48,606 nt of DNA from an uncultured Gammaproteobacteria bacterium (lineage in GTDB: Bacteria; Patescibacteriota; Microgenomatia; UBA10105; UBA927): the NCBI GenBank assembly GCA_964515005.1, contig CAZEVT010000001.1:40130-88735 (forward strand), read 5' to 3'. Positions 1 to 9,814 of this stretch are shown in pieces (the first letter of the stretch is position 1; the number at the start of each line of letters is the position of its first letter). A model generated the notes under the pieces. The model saw nothing but the letters and a program-made list of their open reading frames with translations, ran no database searches and was not told the DNA's origin. The position numbers were made by a program, and so were the translations under genes.

Positions 1-11
1 TTTTGAAAAAA

Positions 12-425
12 TTATTTTGCTGCCTCCGCGGCCGGAGTTTCTGTCTTCACCCGGTCGTCTTTTTTCATTGCTCCGATCGTGACGCGCTTACCGCGCTTTG
101 TACGGGCGTTACTTCTTGTCCTTTGTCCGCGGGAAGGAAGCTTCTTGGCGTGCCGGCTACCCCGGTATGAGCGGATTTCAATAAGGCGTTTGATGTTATC
201 AGACACTTGTTTTCGGAGATCCCCCTCCACGCTGTATCCTTTCTCGATGATTTTGGCGATTTTGTTGGTTTCTTCGTCGGTTAAGGATTTCACCCGGCGG
301 GACCCCTCAACTTGGGCATCTTTCAGAATCCCGACGACGTTACTGCGCCCGATACCATACAGGTAGGTGAGTGCAATATCCAGTCGTTTTTCGCTTGGTA
401 AATCAACTCCTGCTATACGGGCCAT
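12..425 (-). CDS. rpsM: 30S ribosomal protein S13
   Basis: 137-aa ORF. The N-terminus MARIAGVDLP..KRLDIALTYLYGIGRS is canonical S13. It follows infA-rpmJ as in the spc/alpha operon junction. Confidence 0.95.
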   Translation of the reverse strand: MARIAGVDLPSEKRLDIALTYLYGIGRSNVVGILKDAQVEGSRRVKSLTDEETNKIAKIIEKGYSVEGDLRKQVSDNIKRLIEIRSYRGSRHAKKLPSRGQRTRSNARTKRGKRVTIGAMKKDDRVKTETPAAEAAK

Positions 426-428
426 ATA

Positions 429-542
429 TTATCCTTGCCTTTGTTTATGTTTCGGATTTTCGCACACGACATAGTTCCTGCCGCGGCGCCGGACAATTTT
501 ACACTTCACACACATTGTTTTGATGCTTGCTCGAACTTTCAT
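429..542 (-). CDS. rpmJ: 50S ribosomal protein L36 (Cys-containing zinc form)
   Basis: Not in the ORF track because it is too short. Hand translation from minus-strand ATG at 542 to TAA at 429-431 gives [37 protein letters not shown] (37 aa), a typical L36. It lies between infA and rpsM. Confidence 0.9.
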   Translation of the reverse strand: MKVRASIKTMCVKCKIVRRRGRNYVVCENPKHKQRQG

Positions 543-565
543 ATTTGTCCCGCTGAGCGGGATTA

Positions 566-784
566 TCATTTTACCCGGTAGGTAATTCTCCCTTTTGTTG
601 AATCGTAAGGGGTCACCTCGACTTTCACTTTGTCTCCCGGCATGATGCGGATGAAATTCAAACGCATCTTACCGGACAAATGACAAAGAACAATGTGACC
701 ATTCGGCAGTTTCACTCGAAATAATGTATTGGGAAGACATTCGGTCACTTCCCCTTCGACCTCGATATTTCCTTGATGAGCCAT
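566..784 (-). CDS. infA: translation initiation factor IF-1
   Basis: 72-aa [54 protein letters not shown] is the S1-like IF-1 fold sequence. Confidence 0.95.
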   Translation of the reverse strand: MAHQGNIEVEGEVTECLPNTLFRVKLPNGHIVLCHLSGKMRLNFIRIMPGDKVKVEVTPYDSTKGRITYRVK

Positions 785-842
785 ATACGCAAAAACAACA
801 AAAACAATCCCTCTTTGAATCGAGGTTTCTTGTAGTAGCTAC

Positions 843-871
843 ATTGTACCTCAATTTGCGCCTTCGGTCAA
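843..871 (-). promoter_or_regulatory. candidate sigma70-type promoter for infA-rpmJ-rpsM (TTGACC-17 nt-TACAAT)
   Basis: On the minus strand, TTGACC lies at 871..866, followed by a 17-nt spacer, then TACAAT at 848..843. The -35 box lies inside the 3' end of map. The -10 box lies just after the map stop codon. Confidence 0.45.
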
Positions 872-1603
872 CACCAACGGGCTACCCGCTGTTATGGCTA
901 TCGTGTGTTCAAAAACCGACGCACGCGACCGGTCACGGGTCGCAAGCGTCCAACCGTCATCATTTTCATAGACAATCTCCCCGCGACCCATGGCATAGAT
1001 GGGCTCAATGGCAATGGTCATGCCCGCCTGCAAGAGTAAGGTATTCTCAATGGCTCCCCGCAGGTAGTTAGGCACCTGAGGCTCCTCATGGAGCTCATGT
1101 CCCACGCCGTGACCTACGAGCGACTTCACAATGCTGTAGCCGGCGGTTTCAATCGTTTCCTGAATAACTTTTGAAATATCGCCAATTCTGTTGCCAATTT
1201 TTGCCGCCTTTATCCCACGTTCCAAAGCCAATTTTCCCGCTTCTAAAAATTTATCATCCATAGCATTTATTATTTTTGTCCATGCGGTGTCTGTATGAAA
1301 ACCTTTATACAAAAGCCCGATGTCGATAGTTAACATATCTCCCTCTTTGAGTCGGTATGCTGTCGGTATCCCGTGGACGACCACCTCATTGACGCATAAA
1401 CACGTCGCCCATTTGTACCCTTTCACGGTTTTAAAAGACGCGGAGCCGCCGGAATCTGCAATGAGCTCGTCTGCGAGCTTGTCGATATCCAAAAGTACCG
1501 CGCCAGGGATGCTTGCCTCAAGAAGTTTTTGAAGAATACTATGTAATTTCTTTCCGCCCTCCCGCATGATGGCGATTTCTTCAGGGGTTTTAATGTCGAT
1601 CAT
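851..1603 (-). CDS. map: type I methionine aminopeptidase
   Basis: 250-aa ORF with MetAP segments: ..CVNEVVVHGIP.., DIG..YKGFHTD.., VGHGVGHELHEEP.., IEP. Confidence 0.93.
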   Translation of the reverse strand: MIDIKTPEEIAIMREGGKKLHSILQKLLEASIPGAVLLDIDKLADELIADSGGSASFKTVKGYKWATCLCVNEVVVHGIPTAYRLKEGDMLTIDIGLLYKGFHTDTAWTKIINAMDDKFLEAGKLALERGIKAAKIGNRIGDISKVIQETIETAGYSIVKSLVGHGVGHELHEEPQVPNYLRGAIENTLLLQAGMTIAIEPIYAMGRGEIVYENDDGWTLATRDRSRASVFEHTIAITAGSPLVLTEGAN

Positions 1604-2313
1604 AGAAGCTTACGCCTCCGAAGCTCTGCAATAATCACCTCAACTACCTGATCTTGCGTCATGCCAGTGGTATCAAGTTCCCAGGCATCCGGAAGTTTCT
1701 GCAGGGGATCTGTGAGTCGCCCAGTGTCTTGCTTATCACGCTCTATAGTTTCGGTAAGGACTTCTTCAAGAGTTCTATTGATGCCTTTTGTCTTTTCCTG
1801 CTCCCACCGGCGGCGCGCACGCTCCTCAACCGATGCATCTAAATAAATCTTAAGTTGCGCATCGGGAAGCACACGAAGACCGATATCCCGTCCTTCCATA
1901 ACTACTTTTTTCCCTTTTGCAATCTCTCGTTGGAGTTTGACCAATTGCTGTCGGACCTCTGGTATGACTGCAACATCCGAAGAGCCCATGTTCTCCCTAA
2001 AAATTTCCTCTGTTACGTCTTTGCCATTCACCGTAAATGCGAAGGAACGTTCCGATCCTTTTGGGGGCTCTGTTTGATTAATAATGGTTTTCTGGAGTAC
2101 TCCCAATACTCCTGCCGTGTCTTTTGTGGAAACGTTCTCTTGACGACACGCATATGCGAGCGCACGATAAAATCCGCCGGTATTGATGTTTACGAGTCCT
2201 AATTTTTGAGCGAGCATTGCCGCGATATCCCCTTTTCCTGCGGCTACCGGCCCGTCAATGGCAATTTGAAGATCCATCATAGGTTCCAATTCACGTTGCG
2301 GTTCCACTTGCAT
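1600..2313 (-). CDS. cmk: cytidylate kinase
   Basis: Motifs IAIDGPVAAGKG (P-loop), NTGGFYRA, EGRDIGLRVLPDAQLKIYLDASVEERARRR. The ATG at 2313 follows AAGGAGA. An alternative start is ATGATG at 2280/2277. It overlaps the map start by 4 nt. Confidence 0.85.
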   Translation of the reverse strand: MQVEPQRELEPMMDLQIAIDGPVAAGKGDIAAMLAQKLGLVNINTGGFYRALAYACRQENVSTKDTAGVLGVLQKTIINQTEPPKGSERSFAFTVNGKDVTEEIFRENMGSSDVAVIPEVRQQLVKLQREIAKGKKVVMEGRDIGLRVLPDAQLKIYLDASVEERARRRWEQEKTKGINRTLEEVLTETIERDKQDTGRLTDPLQKLPDAWELDTTGMTQDQVVEVIIAELRRRKLL

Positions 2314-2878
2314 ATTTCATAATCTCCTTCTGTACTTCTTCAATCGACTGATCGGCATTAATTTCCGTCAGCACGCCTTTTTGCCGGTAAAACTCAAGGA
2401 CGTCTTTTTCTCCTTCTCCATAAATAGCAAGTCTCGATTTAATTCGTTCCGGCGAGTCGTGAAGCTCGCTGCTTCCTGCATGGAGCGGACGACCGCGCTT
2501 GATGAGACGGCGGTAGGACTCCTCTTCGCTTAGGTTAAGATAAAATACCTTTTCGACGCTGTACCCGTATTTATCAATTTTGTCATCTAAGAACTTGGCC
2601 TGCTCGACGTTTCGCGGGAACCCGTCCATGATCCAGCCGCCCTTTGCATCCTCTTCTTTGAGGCGCCATTTCCACAGGACAAACATTTCACTGTCCGCAA
2701 CGTACTTGCCCTCGGCAAGCGACTCCCGGCATACCTCGCCGATTATTCCTTTATCGTTTGCCGCAGCGTCACGAACCAGATCTCCGGACGTGAGAATAGG
2801 CAACTTGAGTGCTTCCGAAAGCAACTTTGCCTGCGTTCCTTTTCCTGATCCTTCCGGTCCAAAAAATACAATATGCAT
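2291..2878 (-). CDS. adk: adenylate kinase (short-LID form)
   Basis: MHIVFFGPEGSGKGTQAKLLSE..LTSGDLVR.., G.IMDGFPRNVEQAKFLD. It sits directly downstream of secY, as in spc operons. Confidence 0.9.
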   Translation of the reverse strand: MHIVFFGPEGSGKGTQAKLLSEALKLPILTSGDLVRDAAANDKGIIGEVCRESLAEGKYVADSEMFVLWKWRLKEEDAKGGWIMDGFPRNVEQAKFLDDKIDKYGYSVEKVFYLNLSEEESYRRLIKRGRPLHAGSSELHDSPERIKSRLAIYGEGEKDVLEFYRQKGVLTEINADQSIEEVQKEIMKYASGTAT

Positions 2879-2903
2879 ATGCCTCCTTTTTCTGTAAGAA
2901 ACC

Positions 2904-4199
2904 CTACTGCTTCAAAAAGCCTTCATAATTTCTCATAACGAGTTGTGCCTCAAGTGACTTGACGGTTTCCAAAACTACCGATACGACGATAAGGACGCCG
3001 GTGCCGCCGACAAGAAACGCCGAGACGCCGGACGCCTGACGCGCAAGTGATGGCAAAATGGCAATAAGCCCCAAGAAGAGTGCGCCGGCAACCGTGATCC
3101 GGGTCAGGATGTAATTAAGGTAGGAGGCCGTTGCCGACCCCGGTCGGATACCAGGAATAAAGCCGCCGTATTTTTGAATCTCATCTGATATCTTTTTCGG
3201 GTTGAAGGTAATCGCCGTATAAAAATAGGTAAATCCGATAACCAGGAGGAAATAGATCACGTTATACCACGCACCATTGGGATTAAATACCGAAGCCAGG
3301 AATCGCCCGAAGCCAACGGCCGCCGGACTCTTCACCTGCTGCAGGAATCCTCCCAACACCGAAGGCAACAGAACCAGTGACACCGCAAATATAATGGGGA
3401 TGACCCCCGCCTGGTTGACCCGCAGCGGCAAATATGATGTGTTGCCGCCGGACACTTTGTTTCCCCGAATACGGCGCGCATAATGCACCGTAATTCGGCG
3501 GACTGCTTCATTGACAAATACCGTTGCCGCAATAACGAGGATTGCCAGGCCGGCAAACATAATCATGTTGGTTGCCTGTTCACTGGTGAAGGTGGTTGCC
3601 GCCTGCCCGAAAACGACGGGCATTCTCCCGACGATTCCGGCAAAAATAAGAAGCGAGATGCCGTTGCCTATCCCGTACTCGGTAATCATTTCGCCAAACC
3701 ACATGGCAAGAAGCGTTCCTGCAGTCATCGTAACGACCATGGTGATAAGACTCATGGGGTCAAGCGTTGAGATAATACCCTGATTGCGAAGAAGCGCAAT
3801 CATGCCGATCCCTTGCATGGTCGCCAGGGGGACGGTAATAAGGCGGGTGTACTGGTTGATTTTTTCCCTACCATATTCGCCTTCCTTCTGAAGTTCTTCG
3901 AGCTTTGGAACGACAATCGTCAGAAGCTGGAGAATAATGGAGGCGTTGATATAGGGGTTGAGCCCTAAAGCCATGACGGAAAAATTCACGAGCGTTCCGC
4001 CTGAGAATATATCCAAAAGCCCTAGAAACTGATTTTGGGAAAAAAGAGCTGCAAGCTTGGCGGTATCGACGGCAGGTATCGGGATATGCGCAAAGAGCCG
4101 GAACACGAAAAATATGCCTGCGGTGAGCAAAATCTTCCGGCGGATTTGCGGCGTTTTCCAGCTATTGATTAAAGGCGATAACAGTTTATCCATGAGCAA
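2904..4199 (-). CDS. secY: preprotein translocase subunit SecY
   Basis: 431-aa polytopic membrane ORF. Contains typical SecY segments (..[25 protein letters not shown].., ..[11 protein letters not shown]..). It lies in the canonical position after rplO. Confidence 0.95.
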   Translation of the reverse strand: MLMDKLLSPLINSWKTPQIRRKILLTAGIFFVFRLFAHIPIPAVDTAKLAALFSQNQFLGLLDIFSGGTLVNFSVMALGLNPYINASIILQLLTIVVPKLEELQKEGEYGREKINQYTRLITVPLATMQGIGMIALLRNQGIISTLDPMSLITMVVTMTAGTLLAMWFGEMITEYGIGNGISLLIFAGIVGRMPVVFGQAATTFTSEQATNMIMFAGLAILVIAATVFVNEAVRRITVHYARRIRGNKVSGGNTSYLPLRVNQAGVIPIIFAVSLVLLPSVLGGFLQQVKSPAAVGFGRFLASVFNPNGAWYNVIYFLLVIGFTYFYTAITFNPKKISDEIQKYGGFIPGIRPGSATASYLNYILTRITVAGALFLGLIAILPSLARQASGVSAFLVGGTGVLIVVSVVLETVKSLEAQLVMRNYEGFLKQ

Positions 4200-4644
4200 G
4201 CGAAGGTGTCACCACTCCTCCGGCTTTTTCGATGAGTTTTGTCGCTGACTTCGACGCGGGAACGGCGACCGTCAGTTTTACCGTAACCGGCTTGCCTCCC
4301 AGTATTTTCACCCGGCCTACACCTTTGTCTATCATATGATATTTGAGGAGGGTTTCCAATGTCACTTTCGTGTCCGCGGGAAGCGCGTTAAGCTTATCCG
4401 CCCGAATAGGGTAGACCTCCTCCTGACGCGTGCGGTTGCGGTCTTTGCCCCGAAGAAGCGGCAGACGTTTGATAATCGACAGTTGTCCGCCCTCAAAGCC
4501 CTGCGGGATAGTGCCGCGGGATTTTTGCCCTTTAGTGCCGCGCCCTGATGTTTTGACCTTACCGGACCCGTGTCCCCGGCCAAGTCTTTTTTTGCGACGC
4601 CGCACAAGCTTTTGCAAATGGTGTTGTTTTGAATCTTCTTTCAT
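4186..4644 (-). CDS. rplO: 50S ribosomal protein L15
   Basis: 152-aa ORF with a basic Gly-rich N-terminus ([29 protein letters not shown]). It lies in the correct position before secY. Confidence 0.9.
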   Translation of the reverse strand: MKEDSKQHHLQKLVRRRKKRLGRGHGSGKVKTSGRGTKGQKSRGTIPQGFEGGQLSIIKRLPLLRGKDRNRTRQEEVYPIRADKLNALPADTKVTLETLLKYHMIDKGVGRVKILGGKPVTVKLTVAVPASKSATKLIEKAGGVVTPSLAHG

Positions 4645-4652
4645 ACTATTTT

Positions 4653-5114
4653 TTACTTTCTCACTATCATTTTCAATGATTTTAGCGCTTCCATGGTCGC
4701 ATATACATTGGAGGCCTGATTTTTGCTTCCCAAAATCTTTGACACCACGTCGCGGATTCCGGCCGCCTCAACCACCGCGCGAACGGCGCCTCCGGCAATT
4801 ACTCCGGTGCCGGGAGGGGCGGGCTTCAGCATGACGCGTGCGGCTCCCCGCTTGACGCGTACTTCGTGGGGAATTGTCGTCCCCTTCATCGGAACCAGAA
4901 ACATATGGCGGGACGCGTAACTGACTGCCTTCCGCACGGAAGACGAAACATCAGGAGCTCCCCCGAGTCCCACGCCGACCCGGCCTTTCTTGTCCCCGAC
5001 GACCGCAAGAACCGAAAATCCGATCTTATTTCCGCCTTTGGTTTTTTTGGATACGCGGTTGACCTGCACTATTTTTTCTTCCAGGCCGCTGGTATTTGGT
5101 CTGTCATGTCTCAT
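4653..5114 (-). CDS. rpsE: 30S ribosomal protein S5
   Basis: Contains [34 protein letters not shown] and the GTGVIAGG..R motif. It lies after rplR. Confidence 0.95.
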   Translation of the reverse strand: MRHDRPNTSGLEEKIVQVNRVSKKTKGGNKIGFSVLAVVGDKKGRVGVGLGGAPDVSSSVRKAVSYASRHMFLVPMKGTTIPHEVRVKRGAARVMLKPAPPGTGVIAGGAVRAVVEAAGIRDVVSKILGSKNQASNVYATMEALKSLKMIVRK

Positions 5115-5440
5115 ATAGTTAATCCTCCTTTGCGCGCCGCTTCTGCTATTTCTTTTACCGTACCATGAAATCTATATCCGCTCCGGTCAAACACTGCGGT
5201 CTTGATTCCTTTGATAAGAGCCGCTTTGGCTATCGCCGCCCCCAACTCTTTCCCGGCAGACTTGTTTTTCCCTTTCTGACTGACGGCAACAAGGGTCACC
5301 CCTTTGGTGTCGTCGATAAGCTGGACTGAAATTGCCTGGTTGGAACGAAACACGCTCATCCTCGGCCGCGCGCTCGTTCCCGTGACTTTTGCCCGGACGC
5401 GTGCTTTTCTTTTTTGTCTCAAAACATATCTTGTTTCCAT
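5111..5440 (-). CDS. rplR: 50S ribosomal protein L18
   Basis: 109-aa ORF. Contains ..RPRMSVFRSNQAISVQLIDD.. and ..FDRSGYRFHGTVKEIAEAARKGGL. Confidence 0.93.
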   Translation of the reverse strand: METRYVLRQKRKARVRAKVTGTSARPRMSVFRSNQAISVQLIDDTKGVTLVAVSQKGKNKSAGKELGAAIAKAALIKGIKTAVFDRSGYRFHGTVKEIAEAARKGGLTI

Positions 5441-5444
5441 AGTT

Positions 5445-6005
5445 TTACTTTGCTCCCGGCGCTCCTCCGACCGCCTTGGCTGCTTTTCCTGCTTTTTTCC
5501 TTATGTGTTCGCCTTCGTATTTTATACCTTTTCCTTTATACGGCTCCGGTTTCTTTACGTCCCGGATTTTTGCAGCCATTTGGCCGACCAGCTGTTTGTC
5601 GATCCCTGAAACGACAATTTTCCCTTCACTTGCGGCAAATTGAATGCCCGCAGGCGGCGCAATAACAACGGGATGGGAAAATCCTACATTGATCGTCAAG
5701 TCGGTTCCCGCAACTGCCGCCCGGTATCCAACACCAGACAGTTCAAGCGTTTTGGTCCAGCCGCGCGTTACCCCGGTGATGAAATTGGCAAGCTCGGCCC
5801 GAACATAGCCGTGCAAAGCACGTGTCGCTTTGTCATCGCCTTTTCGCTTTATCTCAATCTTACCGTCCGCAATCGCAACTGTAATGTTTTTAGGTACCGT
5901 CAGTGTCAACTCTCCTTTTGCGCCCTTGACCACGATCCGGTGGCCCTCAGCGGTCACTGTGGCGCCCTCTGGAATCGATATGATTGCGTTTCCTATTCTA
6001 GACAT
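5445..6005 (-). CDS. rplF: 50S ribosomal protein L6
   Basis: The ORF runs to 6062, but the conserved L6 N-terminus MSRIGNAIISIP starts at the ATG at 6005. That ATG is preceded by GAAGGT. The longer form would overlap rpsH. Confidence 0.9.
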   Translation of the reverse strand: MSRIGNAIISIPEGATVTAEGHRIVVKGAKGELTLTVPKNITVAIADGKIEIKRKGDDKATRALHGYVRAELANFITGVTRGWTKTLELSGVGYRAAVAGTDLTINVGFSHPVVIAPPAGIQFAASEGKIVVSGIDKQLVGQMAAKIRDVKKPEPYKGKGIKYEGEHIRKKAGKAAKAVGGAPGAK

Positions 6006-6030
6006 AAGAATTACCTTCTTGACATAATAG

Positions 6031-6423
6031 TTACCAAATTTTGCAGAGCAACTCTCCGCCAATCCCTTGCTTTTTTGCGTCTTTCCCGGTCAAAAGCCCC
6101 CTCGGAGTCGAGAGAATGGCAATCCCCATGCCGCCGACAACCGTGGGAATTTCGTCGTGAGGTACGTATCTCCTTAGTCCCGGCTTACTTATACGTTTGA
6201 CGTCGGTTATCACGGACGCCCCGTCTTCATACTTCACGCCGATTTTGAGATTTGCTTTCGGATCCGCGCCAACTTTTTCAGCAGATCCGATGTACCCCTC
6301 CTGCAAGAGAATATCCGCAAGAGCTTTTTTGAGCTTGGAATATGGCAGCACAATCGTCGTGTTTTTAGCGAGCGCCGCATTCTTTATTTGTATGAGCATG
6401 TCACCGATCGGATCATTTACCAT
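6031..6423 (-). CDS. rpsH: 30S ribosomal protein S8
   Basis: The N-terminus MVNDPIGDMLIQIKNA and the C-terminus ..GGELLCKIW are canonical S8. Confidence 0.95.
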   Translation of the reverse strand: MVNDPIGDMLIQIKNAALAKNTTIVLPYSKLKKALADILLQEGYIGSAEKVGADPKANLKIGVKYEDGASVITDVKRISKPGLRRYVPHDEIPTVVGGMGIAILSTPRGLLTGKDAKKQGIGGELLCKIW

Positions 6424-6433
6424 AATAGTCTCC

Positions 6434-6619
6434 TTACCACGATGCTTTTATAACTCCCGGCAATTCGCCTTTATGTGCAAGCTTCCTGAAACACAATCTG
6501 CAGAGTCCAAATTTGCGCATATACGCCCGGGACCTGCCGCAGATTTGACAGCGGTTCCGGTACCGAACCCTAAATTTTTGTTTGTGCGCAAACTTGACGA
6601 TGTCAGATGTTTTAGCCAT
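6434..6619 (-). CDS. rpsN: 30S ribosomal protein S14, type Z (zinc form)
   Basis: From the internal ATG at 6619 the ORF reads [59 protein letters not shown] (61 aa) with a CxxC..CxxC pair. The upstream extension is non-conserved and overlaps rplE. Confidence 0.9.
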   Translation of the reverse strand: MAKTSDIVKFAHKQKFRVRYRNRCQICGRSRAYMRKFGLCRLCFRKLAHKGELPGVIKASW

Positions 6620-7181
6620 GTTGCTCCTGTCTGCCCGCGGGCGCGACCTTTTCAAACGGAACCCCAAACAGGGTCAGCAGTTTTTTCCCGTCACTGTTAT
6701 TTGTTGCGGTCGTCACAAACGTAATTTCAAATCCCCGGGTTTTATCAACCATGCTGTAATCAAGTTCCGGAAATATGGTTTGCTCGTCCACCCCGAGGGT
6801 GTAGTTGCCGCGTCCGTCAAAACCCCGGTTGGGTACGCCGTGAAAATCGCGGACACGAGGAAGGGCGATCCGGATAAACTTAGAGAGAAAGTCATACATG
6901 CGCGTGCCCCGCAGTGTCGCCCGGAGTCCGACGGCGTCGCCTGCTCTGAGTTTGAAGCTGGAAATAGCCCGTTTGGCACGGGTAATCTGGGGCTTTTGCC
7001 CGGCAATCACCGCAAGCTGCGCGGACATGCTCTCGAGCACTTTTTTGTTGGCAAGCGCCTCACCCATACCGGAATTGATGACAATTTTGGTGAGCTTCGG
7101 CACCGCCATGCGGTTGGAGGTCCCGTCTTTGAGGAAAACCGGAACGATTGTTTTGTTATATTGTTCGAGTAGATCGTGCAT
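6612..7181 (-). CDS. rplE: 50S ribosomal protein L5
   Basis: 189-aa ORF. Contains ..[16 protein letters not shown].., ..[28 protein letters not shown]. Confidence 0.95.
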   Translation of the reverse strand: MHDLLEQYNKTIVPVFLKDGTSNRMAVPKLTKIVINSGMGEALANKKVLESMSAQLAVIAGQKPQITRAKRAISSFKLRAGDAVGLRATLRGTRMYDFLSKFIRIALPRVRDFHGVPNRGFDGRGNYTLGVDEQTIFPELDYSMVDKTRGFEITFVTTATNNSDGKKLLTLFGVPFEKVAPAGRQEQHG

Positions 7182-7186
7182 AGTAT

Positions 7187-7492
7187 TTAGATAACTTGCT
7201 TACATTTTTTACAGATTCGCGTTTTTTCATCCTTCACAATCGAATACCCGACGCGGGTTTGCTTACCGCACTTAGGACAAATTAAAGCAACCTTGGCGAT
7301 CGCGAGAGGTTTGATAATTTCAATGATTCCCCCCGGCGTCTTTTCATCGCGTTTCTTTTTGTGCTTCTTAAACACGTTGATGCCGGGAACGAGGACCGCC
7401 GAGATTTTGGGGAACGCTTTTTCGATCGTTCCATTTTTCCCCTTGTCCTTACCCATCGTTACGATGATCTGATCTCCTTTTTTCAGTTTCAT
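7187..7492 (-). CDS. rplX: 50S ribosomal protein L24 (with C-terminal CxxC..CxxC)
   Basis: The N-terminus has a KOW motif (MKLKKGDQIIVTMGKDKGKNGTI). The C-terminal part reads ICPKCGKQTRVGY...RICKKC. Confidence 0.92.
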   Translation of the reverse strand: MKLKKGDQIIVTMGKDKGKNGTIEKAFPKISAVLVPGINVFKKHKKKRDEKTPGGIIEIIKPLAIAKVALICPKCGKQTRVGYSIVKDEKTRICKKCKQVI

Positions 7493-7508
7493 ATAAAAAA
7501 CCTCCGGT

Positions 7509-7883
7509 TTAGAATACCTCCGGCGCCATACTGACTATTTTGTCAAACCCTTTGTCTTTGAGTTCCCGCGCAACCGGTCCAAACACGCGCGTCCCACGGG
7601 GGTTTTTGTCTTTCTCATTATCAATGACGACCCCTGCGTTATCATCAAAGCGAATATATGATCCATCGGAACGCTGGTACTCCTTGCGGGTGCGGACGAT
7701 AACCACTTTGATCAGCTCATCGTCCTTGACGATCCCCGTCGGATCTGCTTTCCGCACCACGCACTGGACGATATCCCCAAGATGGGCAAACTTTTGCTTG
7801 GACGCCCCGTATATGTGGATGACACTCATCAGCTGTACGCCTGAGTTGTCTGCCGCCACGAGTTTTGTTCGACGTTGAATCAT
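7509..7883 (-). CDS. rplN: 50S ribosomal protein L14
   Basis: MIQRRTKLVAADNSG....IHI.G... is the canonical L14 N-terminus. 124 aa. Confidence 0.95.
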   Translation of the reverse strand: MIQRRTKLVAADNSGVQLMSVIHIYGASKQKFAHLGDIVQCVVRKADPTGIVKDDELIKVVIVRTRKEYQRSDGSYIRFDDNAGVVIDNEKDKNPRGTRVFGPVARELKDKGFDKIVSMAPEVF

Positions 7884-7887
7884 ACGT

Positions 7888-8133
7888 TTACCCTAGTTTT
7901 CCTTTCACCATGAAATGTTTTCGCCGGCTTATTGGCCTGGTTTCAACAATTTCGACCTTGTCCCCGACAACGAGCTCTGTACTTTCATTGTGCACCGCAA
8001 ACTTTTTGGTCCGCTTGACTGCCTTCTCATAGAGCGGATGACGAAATTCGTGCACGACCGCAACGATCACGGTTTTGGGTACCACCGATACCACCGTTCC
8101 TATTAATGTTCTTTTTGTATCCAGTTTATTCAT
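7888..8133 (-). CDS. rpsQ: 30S ribosomal protein S17
   Basis: 81 aa. Contains ..LIGTVVS...KTVIVAV......PLYEK.VKRTKKF.VH.E......GD.V.I.ETRPIS..K.F. Confidence 0.93.
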   Translation of the reverse strand: MNKLDTKRTLIGTVVSVVPKTVIVAVVHEFRHPLYEKAVKRTKKFAVHNESTELVVGDKVEIVETRPISRRKHFMVKGKLG

Positions 8134-8332
8134 GCGTCAACTCCTTTTGCCTCATAAGCGTTTCGATAATTGCAATTTTACGTTTCAGTGCCGTTCCTTC
8201 CCGTACGTTTTTGGCGGGCTTACTATACCGGCCTACGGCATATATAGCAAGCGCACGCTTCGCGTCAGTCAGAACTTTCCCAAGTTCTTCTTTGCCCATC
8301 GCGCTCAATGTCTGTTTTTCTTTTTTCTTCAT
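8126..8332 (-). CDS. rpmC: 50S ribosomal protein L29
   Basis: 68-aa helical ORF in the L16-L29-S17 position. It overlaps the rpsQ start by 8 nt. Confidence 0.85.
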   Translation of the reverse strand: MKKKEKQTLSAMGKEELGKVLTDAKRALAIYAVGRYSKPAKNVREGTALKRKIAIIETLMRQKELTHE

Positions 8333-8370
8333 AGCATCTTTCCTTTAGGAACCTTTTTCCGTTAGGAACG

Positions 8371-8778
8371 TCATTCCTTTTCGACAAAAATCGTCCGTAC
8401 CGGTAGTTTTGCCGACGCCAGACGAAGCGATTCTTTGGCCTGTTCGTGCGTAATGCCTGCCATCTCAAAAAGAATTCTGCCGGGTCTCACTACCGCCACG
8501 TATTCATAGACGTCGCCTTTCCCGCTCCCCATACGGGTTTCCGGAGGCTTGCGGGTGACGGGCTTATCAGGAAATATCCGGATCCAGATTCTTCCCCCAC
8601 GGCGGGTGTAATGGGTGAGCGCGCGCCGCGCGGCCTCGATCTGACGGCTCGACACCCAGCCTGCGGTCGTTGCCTTCAGGCCATACTGCCCGAAGTCCAC
8701 GTTTGCGCCCCGGGTGGCTACGCCCCCGCGTTTACCCCGAAATGTTTTTCTATGTTTGGCTCTCTTTGGTGCTAACAT
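8371..8778 (-). CDS. rplP: 50S ribosomal protein L16
   Basis: [14 protein letters not shown]...G.ATRG..V.FG.YGLKA......[12 protein letters not shown] is canonical L16. Confidence 0.95.
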   Translation of the reverse strand: MLAPKRAKHRKTFRGKRGGVATRGANVDFGQYGLKATTAGWVSSRQIEAARRALTHYTRRGGRIWIRIFPDKPVTRKPPETRMGSGKGDVYEYVAVVRPGRILFEMAGITHEQAKESLRLASAKLPVRTIFVEKE

Positions 8779-8796
8779 ATGTTAAAATTTCAAATG

Positions 8797-9483
8797 TTAT
8801 GTGGTTGCTTTGCAAATCCACACTTTTACGCCGATATATCCAGATTTCGTTAAGGCCGGAACAATGGCAAAATCCACTTCTTCCCGGATGGTTGACAACG
8901 GTACCGTTCCCGACTGAAACTTCTCGCGGCGGTGAATTTCCGCGCCGTTTATCCGGCCCGAAAGCTGAATCCGCACGCCCTTGGCTCCTGCGGTCATCGC
9001 CCGCTCGACTGCCTGATTACTTATTCTCTTGTACGGCATGCGTTTGATAAGCTGATCGGCGATGTTGACGCCAACCAGATACGCGTTTAGGTTGGGTTCC
9101 TTTACCGGCTCGACCGCAACCTCTACTTTTGAACGGCTCGCCTCCTGAGACGATTTTGTTTTTGCCTCATAGGGATTAACGTATCCGGTCTGGGTAGCAA
9201 CGATCTTTTCAACGTACTTTTTAAGCTCTTCAAGTCCGCTTCCCCCCCGACCGATGACGACGCCTGGACGCGAAACGTGAAGCGTGATTTTCACTTTGTT
9301 TATCGAGCGCTCAATCTGCACCTGGGCCAAGCCTGCGGGCTTCAGGCGTGCAAAAAGAATCTCCCGGATTTTTGCATCCGAAAGAAGGAGCTGCTTATAC
9401 CGCTTGCTATCGGCAAACCAGCGGGAACTCCAGGTAAATGTGGTTCCCAATCTAAACCCTCGCGGGTTAACTTTTTGACCCAT
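8797..9483 (-). CDS. rpsC: 30S ribosomal protein S3
   Basis: MGQKVNPRGFRLG....W.S.WFA is the canonical S3 N-terminus. A KH domain segment (GRGG.GLEELK) is present. Confidence 0.95.
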   Translation of the reverse strand: MGQKVNPRGFRLGTTFTWSSRWFADSKRYKQLLLSDAKIREILFARLKPAGLAQVQIERSINKVKITLHVSRPGVVIGRGGSGLEELKKYVEKIVATQTGYVNPYEAKTKSSQEASRSKVEVAVEPVKEPNLNAYLVGVNIADQLIKRMPYKRISNQAVERAMTAGAKGVRIQLSGRINGAEIHRREKFQSGTVPLSTIREEVDFAIVPALTKSGYIGVKVWICKATT

Positions 9484-9808
9484 TGTCCTCCAATACTATC
9501 CGTATATGCGTCATTCTCTTTTTAAATGCATGTGCCTGCCCTTTAGAAACGGCATGCCACCTTTTCATTGCGGGCCCGCCCATAATTTCGATTGTTTTAA
9601 ACCGGAGCCCATCCGCCACAACACCCTTTTGTTTGGCGTTGGCTATTGCGGATGCAATCGTTTTGGTCAGCGGAATGGCTGCGGCCTTTGGGGTATGAAT
9701 AAGAGCCGCAAGGGCAGCGCCAGGCGAAAGCCTGCGGATGGCGTCTGCCACCAGCCGCACTTTGCGGGTACTTACTCGAACATATTTGGTTGTAGCTTGA
9801 TAGTTCAT
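9467..9808 (-). CDS. rplV: 50S ribosomal protein L22
   Basis: 113 aa. Contains ..KYVRVSTRKVRLVADAIR.. It lies in the position between S19 and S3. Confidence 0.92.
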   Translation of the reverse strand: MNYQATTKYVRVSTRKVRLVADAIRRLSPGAALAALIHTPKAAAIPLTKTIASAIANAKQKGVVADGLRFKTIEIMGGPAMKRWHAVSKGQAHAFKKRMTHIRIVLEDNGSKS

Positions 9809-9814
9809 AGAGTT

